Origin: Bugula neritina
Taxonomy: Eukaryota; Animalia; Bryozoa
Assembly (NCBI GenBank): GCA_964035545.1
Contig: OZ037765.1
Coordinates: forward strand, 27,403,504 to 27,467,503
Length of the DNA stretch: 64,000 bases
Direction: 5' to 3'
Shown: one piece after another, positions 1-12,785 of the stretch
Layout: each line of letters starts with the position of its first letter
How positions within the stretch are numbered: position 1 is the first letter of the stretch
Translations under genes and position numbers: made by a program
The notes under the pieces: model-generated
Told to the model about the DNA's origin: nothing
What the model saw: the letters and a program-made list of their open reading frames with translations, nothing else
Database searches by the model: none

Positions 1-398
1 ATCTTTTATATGGGACTTCGCAAAAATTATTGAAGCACCAAAATGCATTTCATAATTTATACTGAAGTGAAATACTGTAGTTGTAGGGCAAGGGCACCAA
101 AACATATGACCAGATTCAAAGTTGGTAAATTATGCAAAATGCATTATAAGTAACAGTAGTAGCAAAATAAATGAAAGAAAACAGCTAAGTACAACTGAAA
201 CAGAAAATTCTGATGTGTTACGTTAAACCCAACTGTAAACGATGACTAGCAAAACTAATGTAGATAAAATATTAGATAGTGAGTGGAATGAATGCTCAGA
301 AGCTGACTAGGCAATAGACGAGTAAAATGTGGAAATATCAGTAGTTTGCTATAATTTACATTGCATAGTCCTATAATACTGATATTTGGTAGCATTAG

Positions 399-2798
399 CT
401 AGAGGTTAGTTTGATGAATATTGGTAGTTGCAATTGGTAAGTTTTCATCAACACAATCTCCTTGATTGTGATTCACATTTTCAACAAGGAAGGCGGGTTG
501 CCTTTTTCTCATCTTTGATGGGGAAATTTCTATATGATCTACTTTAGTACCAACACAAAAATTCCCATCAACTGAGCTAATTTCACCGTCAATAGAAAAC
601 ATGGAATTATCAGGAGTAGGGACGTTTGCACGAGGAAAAAAATGAGGCTGTGCAATAGAAGTAGGACTTGCAACTCCCGGGGAAGATTCATTTGATGATA
701 AACCAACCATGATTGGTGCACTATCCGCAGCAGTTCGAATGTCGGCCAATGATGATAAAGTATCTTGAATTACTTTCTCACTTATGCTAGTGCCAGATTG
801 ATGAAACATGTCGCCATCCAACGGTTTAAAGACATTAGTTGCAACTGCTTTTCGTTCTGGTGGTTTTAGAGATTTCTTGCCAATGAAACCTTCCTCATTC
901 GAAGAAACTTTGGAGTTAATTTCAATGCGATCTGTGAAGTGATGCACTTCTTTTAAGTGATTAGTTACTCCGCGACGATATTTAAAAAATTTGTTACAAA
1001 CCAAGCAAGAAAATTGTTTGACTTCACTATGGGATCTCATGTGGTCAGCCATTTTTTCTTTGGTGGGAAAACATTTGCCACAAACTTCACATGGTGGCTG
1101 AGGTTTCTTAGATCCAGTTGGTGATTGCTTATTTATCCAAGACACTGGTGATTCATTTGAGTATACTTGAAAGCTTGGGATATAGGACTTATTTAAATTG
1201 CTATTATCTTGCATTGATTGGGAGAAGCTACTTTGTAACATTGAGTTAGTATCTTCAGAATTGACTAGCTTAGACTTTTCACTAGAAAAATTAAAACTTT
1301 CATTGCTTTCATCAAAATCTAGGTCAGTATCCATTTGAAACATGTCCATTGAGAATTCATCGGCAATAGGTTCATGCACCAATTTATGAGGAGTGCCTTT
1401 TCTCGTTCTTTTTAGAGGTGGTTGGCTGTCACTGCTAATACTGGATGATTTATTTCCAAGTTGAGTAAATGTATCAGAAAGTACCGATGGTCCACATTGT
1501 AGTAATGGAGGTGGAAGCTGTGGTGATATTTCTGTTTTATACAGCCAAGCAGAACCTCCTCCTGTGTCATAATTAGCTTCTCTTTCTGTCTTCAACTTCG
1601 ATATTGAGGGCATCAATGAAGCAGACTCTGTCAACGACTTAGGAGTGCCTTGATTGATGAGCTTTCTGTATTGTGTGCAAACATTCTCCAACATTTTTAA
1701 CCCAACCTAAAAGTCAAGCATAGACCCATAAATTTCATTGTAGATTATTCAAATTTGACAAAAGAATTTGATGCAACTCCGCAAAGAGCCTCATATGCTT
1801 TGTGTTCGTGGCATTATATGTAACTACATGTAAATGTGCCAACACTTACATGGTCAACAATTACAAGACGCTGCAAGTTTTCCTCAGTTTTTTCTACACC
1901 ATGCATCACTATCAGATGTTCTCTACAAGCTTTCCGTGATTTGTATGTCTTCATACACTGTGAGCACTTGAACGGTCTAACTGGGGAATGGCATATGAGA
2001 TGCTCCATGCAATGAGACTTTGATCCAGCAACTTTATCACACAGCATGCATTGATATCTTGTTGTGCGCTCTTTAGTTCTGTAATGAGTTTTAAAACACA
2101 TCATTGAATGTACAAAATCTGTTGAACAAGTAAGCCCCAGTGTATTATAAGTGGAGCCACCTGTGTTGGCAGAAAAAATAAACATCAATACTAACAGTAA
2201 ACAAAACATGAATGCAAATATGTAATATGCTTTGCAGAGTTTGAAATATATTCAATGAAACATGAAGAAGTTCATACTTTTTAGTGGGCGTAACAGACAA
2301 TGATAGTGGTACAGTGTCTGGTGATAATGCAAGTTCCTCTGGAGAATTTTTCATAAATGATGGTTTGGCTATAAGAGCGGGCAGAGGTGGGGCAGGAGTG
2401 CACTCTTTATCTTCTGGCACATTATTTGAAAGATTTGCCTGATTGTCAGAATTACTATCTTCTACCTTAAAAACAGGTTTTGACTGGTAATGTCCATTAA
2501 AATAACTGTTGTCTTCAATAGTTGGATTAAAACCTCTTTGTATACTTTGCTGCGTGTCCATAAAATAATCCTTCATGGCTCCACGAATTGCAACTGCACG
2601 GATTATCATATCTATGTCTGCCAAGCAACACGTGCAGATCCCCGCACAGCTGCCCAATGAGGATTCTTCCAACTGCAAGGCTGTTGACAGTTTGGATAAT
2701 AATTTGCCAGGTTTAACTTGGCATGTTCTTACATCAGACCGAGGACAGAAGTTGCATGCGGACATGGACCAAATCAGTTTTACCGCTGTCTGCGGCAT
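399..2798 (-). CDS. ZAD-like domain plus 4 C2H2 zinc-finger protein, ~685 aa; exons 2278-2798, 1850-2078, 399-1706
   Basis: N-terminal CxxC...CxxC (CNFC...ICTCC) is ZAD-like. Two finger pairs: YQCMLC..H..H/FKCSQC..H..H and PCEVC..H..H/FSCLVC..H..H. GT-AG junctions keep frame (AA|A ACT; CAT|GTT). Acceptor ttttag lies 1 nt before the ATG. Confidence 0.85.
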
Positions 2799-3035
2799 TC
2801 TAAAACAATCAAAACTATGTCTAAAAATAGCATATATTGAGACTATCGAAATAGATAAAAGCAACACCGTTAAACATCACCTAGACTTGATCACTGCACC
2901 TCCCTCTCTTGAAGAAATGCTACTCAATAAACAAGCAGTTGTATTTGTTATTGCATATTCATTATTGTTAATGATGTAATGCTATGACTACTTCACACAG
3001 CTGTGGGTCTGTTTCATAAGTAGATATTACTATAT

Positions 3036-6000
3036 AATAGACGATGTATGTTTGGTACATTTAGTACTTTGTACCAAGTCTAAAACACTCACCACTATAA
3101 CTTATATAAACTTCTGCAAGTTCAAATGCAAAATGCATACTTCTAGGAAATAGCTGTGCAACTTTTATTGCATGCATTATTTTATTTCATATCTTAAATT
3201 TATGAATCATGAGTTCATTTTTCAAAATGTTTAATTTAAGTGCTTAAAAAATGCAAATAAAAAGTACAAGTTTAAAAAAATACCCTGGTGCAAATTGACC
3301 ACAGCCCCAGCTGTTTTGGCAAAACACATTTAATGACATTTTCATTGACATAGTGGTAAATGGGCTGGTTGTTTTTGGCAGATGGGTAGCGCTGGCTGGC
3401 TGCAACTTTTTACAATTCTGATTGGCTGGACTTTACATGACCAGCTAATGATTGTATCTGATTGGCCTAATAATTCATTTGCGTTTGAAAATGTAGAGTT
3501 TTATATAAGTTATAGTGGTGATATTTTAGAGTTGGTACACACCCCTTTTTTGGTTGAGTTTTATAGTCTGATCATGCTGTAGTCATCTACAATACTTCAG
3601 TGTATGGGGAAACCATTAGTATTACGAAATCTGTTTTGGCTTATATTGCTATGCCAGTTTTCTGACTTGGTTTGTAATAAACCATAGGCAGCTATACAAC
3701 TTAGGTGATTTTATCGAAGGTAGACACTGTTTAGATGCAGCAAATCAAACACTGTTGTTACTATTGCAAAACAGTAGCAATAGCATAGCACAGTCAGCGA
3801 ACTGCAATGGCAGTGCTGCACCATATTTATCATCACTAGCATATATTTACAGCACACTGACGAACACATGTATAAGCATGTGCTAAGCATAAATTGGTTG
3901 CTTATGTACCCACCATTATTTTACCTAAAAAAATTACAACAGTAATTTTTTTAACTTGGTTGCATATTTATTTGCAGGAGTTAAAATGCACAGTTTTTAG
4001 CAATAGACAACATAGACGATTTATATAAAAATGAGCTTGGCATGCTAGTCTATACTGTTACTTGGTATCATGACCGTTTTGTACATGATTTCCTTAGTGA
4101 AACAGCATGTTTATCCCACAAATGCAATGCCATCAGCCATAGGACAATATAGTCCAGTTTTTTCAACTATGAAGTAATTTTGTTAGCAGCTTGCTTCATT
4201 TTTAAGTGATAGTTAACTTGAGCTTCTCAGTCTCAAGTCATTGTTCCAGAAAATATCTGCACCTAGCTCTGCAGCTATACTAATGAGTTTTCAATACATG
4301 TTTATCCTCACTCAAACTAATCATCAACCACCATTGAGGCAGGAAGATGACAAAAACATTCTGAGGGCTAGTTATATCCAATACCATATGCCAGGCATTA
4401 AAACTTCACTATAGTGTTTTCGGAGCGCACCTATTTCTACTACATGGCATCTTCATACAATATTTACTTATTTCCTGGCCATGCCACCTGGAAAGAAAGG
4501 CCATTTTCAACTGACTAGAATGCAGTAACTCTGAACTAAATTAATTGTTATCCTTAGAATCCAGGTTAAAAAAGCAATCAACCCATAAAGGACTTGATAT
4601 CCTAAATAGTCCTGGAGGTGTAAGCTTACTGTTTGCACTTCTTTTAGAAAAGATTATAATAGTATGCTGTGCTTTCTGCAGCCACCCTTGGTAACCAATA
4701 AAGTTTAGCACTTGATAATTTTTTTCTTGGTGTGCTATTGTATATCCATGTGCTATACCACTATGCTTTGTAAGTTAAAGTCTGATATTAATGGTTTTTG
4801 GGTGAAAGAAAATGGCAGCTCAGACTCGATGCTTATTTTTGCAAAATACAAACTCATATATGGATAATATTCTGTTGGTAACAATGTTGTATGCAGTCAG
4901 TGTTGAAATATAATGCCTTCATTACAGTTTTAGTGGGATCAACGTTTTCTCTGTAACTATCATGTTGCATCACACAATATGAAAAAAATGTTCATCAAAT
5001 CCAATGTTTAATCACCATTCATTCTAGCATACCAGAGAACCTTTGTATTTTACCCAACTGACTAAAACATGTATTGAAAACTCATTAGTAAAATTGTTGA
5101 TGTTATTGCAGTAGCTTCACAGCTAAGTGTAGGCACTTCATCCAGCAATGGTTTGAGGCTGATTACTTCACAGTTAAAAGAATCTAGAGTCTAGATTTTA
5201 GACTATATTGTCCCATGGCTGATGTCATTACATTTGTAAGATAATCATGCTGTTTCGCTAAGTAAATCGTATACAAGAAAGGGTTATCAACAGGGTATTG
5301 TATGGTGATGATACCAACTGGCAATATAGACCCACATGCAAGGCATTACATGTTAATACTAATTTTTATACAAAATGTCTACATTGTCTGTGCAATTAAA
5401 CTCTTGCAGATTAATATGTGATTGATTAAAAAAGCTAATGCTATATAAATTAAAAAAAAAACAGTGGTGAGTACACAAGCAAATAATGTATGGTTAGCGT
5501 AGGTCCATGCATTTGTAATATGCGTGTGAAGCAATTTTTTAAATTATTATATTAAAGTAAACTGAAGCGCAAAATAATCAGACTATGAGAATGTATTCAG
5601 TAATATGTATTGATTTAAAACTAAATCATGAAATGACTATCATTTTTGCAACCTCTGTACTTGGTAGGCAAGATAGAGAGGGGTGGTGTGACTGCTGTAA
5701 CTGTGTTACTGCTCTACATACTAACAGACTAGGCTAGTGTTTTTAAGTGCCTTACATAAGATATTTTAATAAAACTGGTGTCTAGTGTGGCCACTGTCAT
5801 TGCAGCTAGGTGACTGTGCTAGTGTGCTATGCTCTCACTACTGCTTTACGATACAACCAAGTAACAGCACTGGTTGATTTGATATTCTAAGCCCTAAGGC
5901 CTAAGTAATGTCTACCTTTGATGAAATCACCCTAAGTTAGAACAGCCTGCATATAGTTGATGAAAACTGTCAGAAAACTGGCATAGCAATATAAGCCAAA

Positions 6001-6599
6001 ACAGATTTCGTAATACTAATGGTTTCCCCATACACTGAAGTATTGTAGATGACTACAGCATGATCAGACTATAAAACTCAACCAAAAAAGGGGTGTGTAC
6101 CAACTCTAAAATATCACCACTATAACTTATATAAAACTCTACATTTTCAAACGCAAATGAATTATTAGGCCAATCAGATACAATCATTAGCTGGTCATGT
6201 AAAGTCCAGCCAATCAGAATTGTAAAAAGTTGCAGCCAGCCAGCGCTACCCATCTGCCAAAAACAACCAGCCCATTTACCACTATGTCAATGAAAATGTC
6301 ATTAAATGTGTTTTGCCAAAACAGCTGGGGCTGTGGTCAATTTGCACCAGGGTATTTTTTTAAACTTGTACTTTTTATTTGCATTTTTTAAGCACTTAAA
6401 TTAAACATTTTGAAAAATGAACTCATGATTCATAAATTTAAGATATGAAATAAAATAATGCATGTAATAAAAGTTGCACAGCTATTTCCTAGAAGTATGC
6501 ATTTTGCATTTGAACTTGCAGAAGTTTATATAAGTTATAGTGGTGAGTATTCTAGAATTGGTACAAAGTACTAAATGTACCAAACATACATCGTCTATT
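3036..6599. mobile_element. Non-autonomous foldback/long-inverted-repeat element; near-identical outer arms 3036-3666 and 5969-6599, diverged inner arms to ~4303/~5066
   Basis: Direct reverse-complement match of the arms; the identical 66-aa ORF appears at 3382+ and 6253-. Inner degenerate matches include 4081-4154 vs 5201-5274 and 4278-4303 vs 5066-5090. No transposase seen. Confidence 0.85.
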
Positions 6600-8489
6600 G
6601 GTCTATATACTATTTTAACTGTGCACATAGCAACACAGGGTTAAACTAATCTGTTGTCCAAGGATATTTTCCATAACAACACAGAAGTTACTAATATTTA
6701 TATCCGACACTGTTGAAAAACTAGCAACACTAAAAACAACTGAAAGTAACAGATACGAGTAATAAATACCTGGGTTGTCTGATTTTTCAACTTCACATTC
6801 TCATCATTCACAAATTTCTTGAGTCCCCTGAAATATGGAAATATAGAAGCATATTAGGCTGTGTATGTAAGCTTGTAATATACACACAATTATAATTCTA
6901 TAGCACAGAATTGATGAAATTCAACTACATTTTAGCAGCTCTAATAAATGTTTGATCAGTTTGCTGGAAGTGTGTGGACAACCATTCATAGAAGAAAACA
7001 ATTGGATATAAATCATTTGGTTAATGTTTTAGTTAGGAATTGGCATGCAAATTAACAAATTTCAAATAATTAAAATCTGTGCCATTTAGCAAAAATAGGA
7101 ATGACGCAATGACACAACGATTAAGCACACAAGGCATTACTGTGGTACTGATGCTACATGTAACATCTTTTTACGCCAAATGTATAACTAAACCTTTTAC
7201 CAATTTTAGGCATTATAAAAATACACCAAACCAATATATGATTGAATGCTATGAAAATATATCCTACATGGAACAAAACAAGGATATCTAAAAGAGGGTG
7301 TGCTGAGGTAAAACTTAATCTTGCATATTAATTAGACATGTGAGACACTTTTGCTCTCTTGTACCACAAATTTAATTTTTGATGCACTTAGCTCTTTACC
7401 AAGCAATTTTAGTCAATATCTAGCCTTTTATTGATACATACAAATATGCCCAGTTGCTGCAGACCTTTAAAAAGCATGGTAAATTTTTTTAAATAACTCA
7501 ATTTTATTACAACTTTTAAAGCATAGCTTACAAGCAAAGAAATTTGAAATGCATTTTTAAAATAAAAAATAGCTGTATTAAAACTAGAAGGCAGTATGCT
7601 GTTTGGAAAGTTTGTAGCAGTTACAGATTTATGCAATAGATGACTGACTATAAGTCTCTTTGTGGTTAGCATGTGCACTTTGTATCCATTGATGGTTCAT
7701 ATCAATTAACTATAGACATTTATCTTGACACCAACAAAAGACAGATCTACATCCCGAATCAACTCTAGCATGTAATTTCTCAATGTGGCTGACCTCAATT
7801 TGGAATATCTAGATTCTAGTGGTTTCCGTTTAAAAAATGTCTCACAAGAACACCTCTGCATATCCACTATTGGTTTTAATCAAAATACATTAGATTAAAA
7901 TTGTTTGAAAGTTTCCATGTTAATAAATTCATAAACAAAAATATTATAAGCTTCACGCAGTCAAAATTAAAATCAATAATAAAAATGTTAATGACTATAA
8001 ATATAAAATAGCCAAAACAAAATTTAAAATTTTAATTTCGTGAAACTGTTCATTGCTAAATATTATTTCACACAACTATTTTAAATTTCAATTTATATTT
8101 CAATTAATAATATAAATCTACATTATATTCAATAAAATAAATATATATTATATAGTTAGCATGATTGTCATATAAAAATATCTTTAAATATTTTATGTTA
8201 ATGATAACAATTAAAAAATAAAACTAATCTACACCAATATAACCATGATTTGGACAATTACCATGCTAATTACTACAATCAGTTTTTGGGGTACCAGTTT
8301 ATACATAATAAATAATATATTATTAAATTGGTATTTATTATAATACCAGTTTTATATAATTAAAATATATCAATATTGGACTGCTAATAACAAACTATTA
8401 TAGATAAAAATTATTAATAAATTATCAACTCTTATTGTAATTTATGCTTAACGAAAACATCATTATCACTATAATTTGACCCTATTACA

Positions 8490-9380
8490 TTATCCCAGTC
8501 TCATCTAATTTCTCCTAGTTTATTCCACAGTCATGTTTTTCATGCTGGTATAATATCAACTATTTTCTTATCTTGATTCTTACACAGCTGTTCTGTTACA
8601 ATTTTTGCACAGGTTATGAAGGTGCCGGTCAGCTCTTTGATGTCAATGATCCCAACATAGTCTAGCATCTTATTAATTTGCCCTACTTTCTCTATAAGCC
8701 TGACTCTTTCCATATGTTTAAGGGCTTTTCATTTTGGTAGAGCAGACAATCTACTATGCTCATTTATAATTTTCTCCACCTTTTTTCCTTCATCTGTGAA
8801 TTTGTTCTTGTAGAATTAGAGCTGTTGCTAGTTCATTCTGGTCTCCAGTTCTTGACTGTATATCATCATCTTTGTGTTGCCTAATCTCTTCATTATTATC
8901 ATCCTCAATTGTTCTTTCTTTGTCAAACAATACTTTTTCTTAAATTTCATTAGGCTCTTCTTCCATAAACAGCAACAGCCATTTTCTAATGACTAGAGCA
9001 TTGGCTTAGTAAACACAAAGTCAGTGGCTAGGATCCTAGTAAAGGCCATTGGCAATGTTAAAAAGGGCATTCAGTTATAATTGCTATTTTGTCACAATAG
9101 AAACCAAGTTTTTATTTAGCTTAAAAAACCTCACCATCAGATATTTTCACAGAGATGGCAACTGCAAACCCTCGCAAGTTTTTGTTATCTGTAAACTGCT
9201 TGTTATTTTTCATATTTTTGCTTGATCTGCTAGATTTTGTCCGCTAATGCCAAAACCCCTTCTTTCCTTCCAGATTTTATTCATTCTTGTTTTGTATCCC
9301 CTTGCACCAGACCCATGTTCAAAGTAACACAGCCCGGTTGTCTTTCCTTGAAAATCTTTGTCTAGTTGTTCCAGTAAAAG
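8490..9380 (-). mobile_element. Decayed N-terminal fragment of an R4/Dong-like non-LTR retrotransposon ORF
   Basis: Minus-strand translation gives CYFEHGSGARGYKTRMNKIWKERRGFGISGQNLADQAK and LPK*KALK...INKMLDYVGIIDIKELTGTFITCAKIVTEQL...IPA*KT*LWNKLGEIR*D. This resembles the RGYxxRM..W..EQRLADQ and PxWKRRL..KI..LR.D motifs of R4-clade ORFs. Multiple stops. Confidence 0.6.
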
Positions 9381-10599
9381 GTACACGATTGTGGGTTGCC
9401 TGGTCCCCTACACATTCTCTGCAGGACAAAAGGTAACTAGCTAGGCTAGACTGCCATTCCCATCTTTAGCATTATTTTCTATATTGTAACTCATCATACT
9501 TCTAAGGGGGTAGTTTTCTTTTAGGGTGTTATTCTATAACCTTTAGCCCATAAAACTACTTATCCTACAATGCAGTGGGAAGACATTTCTTTTAGAGTCA
9601 TATCTCTTAGCCTCGCAACCCTTATTAGGGTTTACAATTATGATTGTTGTTTTATTGTGATCATTTAAATGAAATTACATTATCATTTAAATTAATATTG
9701 CTAATTTTAATTTAAATAGCTATATGCTGTTCTTTTAAATTTACAATTAGTGAACAACTGACAAAAAAAGTATAGCTATTAGTATAACTATTGGATGTAG
9801 TGGCAAATCTGGGTGTTACCATAAGTAGCAACCTGCCTCCCCTTTGACATTTAGGTGCAGTAGTGAAGAAATTTTAGTAGCCAGAGTTTTTGAATTTTTC
9901 TTAATGAATTGTGGTCTGAGTTAAAATTACTTCTTCTGCTACATTCTTAATCTAGAACAAAGGCTTTTTCAATTTTTATATCACTGCATCTATCTCCACT
10001 TTTACCATCTGTAGCAACTAAGTTTGCAATAATAAATACCATCATTACAAATAATTATGCTCAAGAGTAGTGACAAATAAAAATAATATAAAACAAATAT
10101 TAAATGTTGGACCAACTGAAATCGACAATAATATAAATACAATTATGAAAAGGAGCTTGAAATTAAATTTCAAACGCATTTTACAAATGCATCCACATGT
10201 CAATATAGTTACACCTACAATTAGTATTGCTGATTCAGTTTTATGCGTTGTAATTTTTTCAATCAGCGTTAATCATTTTTACTGCAAAATAAACATGAAA
10301 ACCTACATCAATATTTTAACTACATGTATTATTCGGGGAACCATGTCACCAATACCGTTAATTATTAAATATTATTTTTATAAACAATATTTGTTGTGGT
10401 CATAAATATCATTTTGAAATTAATACTATATTTGTATATTGTATAACATAAACATGTTTTTTATTAATGTTGATATGCATAATAATAATTATAATTATTG
10501 AATAGCTACATGTATTACTATTAAACTTAATAAAACCCAACAGCAAAGTCAAATGCAATAGCCAATAGGCAAGAGCAATAATATTGCTATAATGATTCA

Positions 10600-11870
10600 T
10601 AAATTGTGATACTAATAGTCATATTAATGCTATTACTGCTAGTGTTACTGTCAAGACTATCATTACTATTCAAGGTTATGTAATAATTAAAATTTCGCTG
10701 TTGATGCACTCAATAGAGTATAGGTATTGGTATAACTATTACAATCACAAAATTAAATCTATATAAGTTTTAGTTATGCTTATAATGGGACTCATAATTA
10801 TAATTATCATTTATTTATTATAAGACGTTTAACAATTTATCAATTATATGAGTAACTATCACTATCAGTATTACTACTAGTATTACTATTATTGTCCATT
10901 GGCATCATGATTATAATAATAATTTACATATTGATATCGATATTCATTTCAATCATTATTTCATATACCTATAACAATGGTATTGGTACTGGTAGTAATA
11001 GTATAGACTCTAGTAATACTATTATTATTAGCATTAGTAATAGCAAATCACTAAAAAGTAAATGTATTTGTAATACTAAGTCTAATAGTAATAGAATTAG
11101 ACATTATTAATATTAATAGGCCTAATGATGTTGAATTTGATATTGATATTGATATTGATATTCTGTGATTCATATGGATATTCATATCAATTATTTTTAT
11201 TATTAATATTGAAATGCTCATTACTCATTAGTCATTACCCGTTTGCAATTTGAATTATTGTTCCATTATCATTATGATTATGAATTATCTGATAAACTCA
11301 TAGACCATAGTCATACTAATATTCGAAGTTGATAGGTTACACTTACACACTGACACTTAGCATTAACATAAACAATAACAGTAACTGTTAGTGTTAGTGT
11401 TACTGTTACAGTGTTACTGTTAGACTGTTATCTTAATCTCATCACTTACATCTTATACTTATAGTTATAGTTATTAATAATAGTATTATATTACTATTAG
11501 TATTAGTATTACAGTATGAGTAATATATTTATTACAGTAAATGTAATTATCTAAGACTAAAACTAGTAATACTAATAGTAATACTATAGTAATAATAATA
11601 CTAATAGTAATAGTAATAACTTATATTAATAATAATATTACTATTACTATTAGTATTATTATTAGTATTAGTAATAATTTATTAGTCTTAGATAATTACT
11701 CAATTACTGATTAGTGATTACTATTACTATTAGTATTAGTATTAGTATTACTATTAGTATTACTATTAGTATTGGTATTACTAATTAATAACTAATAAGT
11801 ATAATAATAACAATTACAATGCCAATAGACTAAAGTGAATAGACATAGTATTAGTAACTCACTAACTGAT
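10600..11870. repeat. TAG/TAT/TAA-rich period-3/6 low-complexity tract
   Basis: Runs such as tattagtattagtattac, tagtaatactaatagtaat, gatattgatattgatatt. Confidence 0.8.
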
Positions 11871-11961
11871 TTGTTTACATTTAGAGTTATTGTCACTGTG
11901 GCTGTAAAAGAAGTATGATAAAACATAATATATTTATAACGTACAACTTTCAGGTTCTTAC

Positions 11962-12290
11962 CATTATGACTCGTTGGTGCGCCCCTCGTCGCTGAACGTC
12001 ACATTCTAGGTCGTCGATTGTTAGCTCACAAGGGGTCATTCCTGTGGCTACAAAGTTGGCAAGTGTTTATTAATGGTCTTTCCTCTAGCCTTGTTGCTGT
12101 TGTCATAGATATATGTGATATTCGGGTGAAAGCGAGTCCTCCCTTCGGTTTCAAATATCGAGTTCCGTTGTTCAGCACTTGTTGACTGGTTCAAAAGTCA
12201 GATAATTATAGTAAACTGCTCTATCCCGGTGAACATGGCACTACTACTGGTGTCTGAATCTAGTAGTAAATACACTCTGTTATAAACTGT
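11962..12290. promoter_or_regulatory. Candidate CpG-richer (possibly bidirectional) promoter and non-coding first exon of the zinc-finger gene
   Basis: Local CpG enrichment. Minus-strand donor CATAATG|gtaag at 11962/11961. The zinc-finger ATG exon has an acceptor but no nearer obvious first exon. Confidence 0.45.
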
Positions 12291-12624
12291 AAAGTAGGCT
12301 CTAACTTCTGTATAGGCTACCGTAGGCTCTGGTCAAAATTATTCAGTCATGCTCTACAATATGGGAGCAGTTAAGTAGCATATTTTACAATATTTGTAGT
12401 TCCCTCAACAGCAACCCTGTTAGGTATATGACACACTAGCATAGATAACAGACTTGCAGTTGAATTAATGTTAGTTTGCTTACAGCAGTTGAAAACATTA
12501 AAATCCGTTTACTCCAGCAACAACATTTTTTGCTTTATAAGTTTATTCCATTGACTCCACCCTCTCCCCCCCCCCTCCCATAAGGTCAGGGTTTTAAAAA
12601 TGGCTGGCATAGCTGATGGAACGG

Positions 12625-12785
12625 TTCTATAAGCAGCTCCAAGTTGGGGGTGACTTAGTGCAATAGTTTAAAATTCTCAATTTTGGAGTTGGGGGTTTAA
12701 ATTAAAACTTGGAAACCCCAACTCCAAACTCGAGAATCCCAAACTATTGCATTCAGTCACCCCCAACTTGGAGCTGTTTATAGAA
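12625..12785. mobile_element. Small hairpin MITE-like element (related copies at ~40986-41152)
   Basis: ttctataagcagctccaagttgggggtgact...agtcacccccaacttggagctgtttatagaa is almost entirely self-complementary. Confidence 0.75.

Noticed and set aside
2079-2160. Acceptor at 2160 for zinc-finger exon 2
   Set aside because: It gives a premature stop with the phase-2 donor at 2278. The acceptor at 2078 keeps the frame.
3382-6253. Two identical 66-aa ORFs (3382+ and 6053-)
   Set aside because: They are a by-product of the inverted repeat arms, with no recognisable domain.
10070-11110. Ile/Asn-rich ORFs (also 32400-33664)
   Set aside because: Low-complexity non-coding tracts with no domain or splice support.
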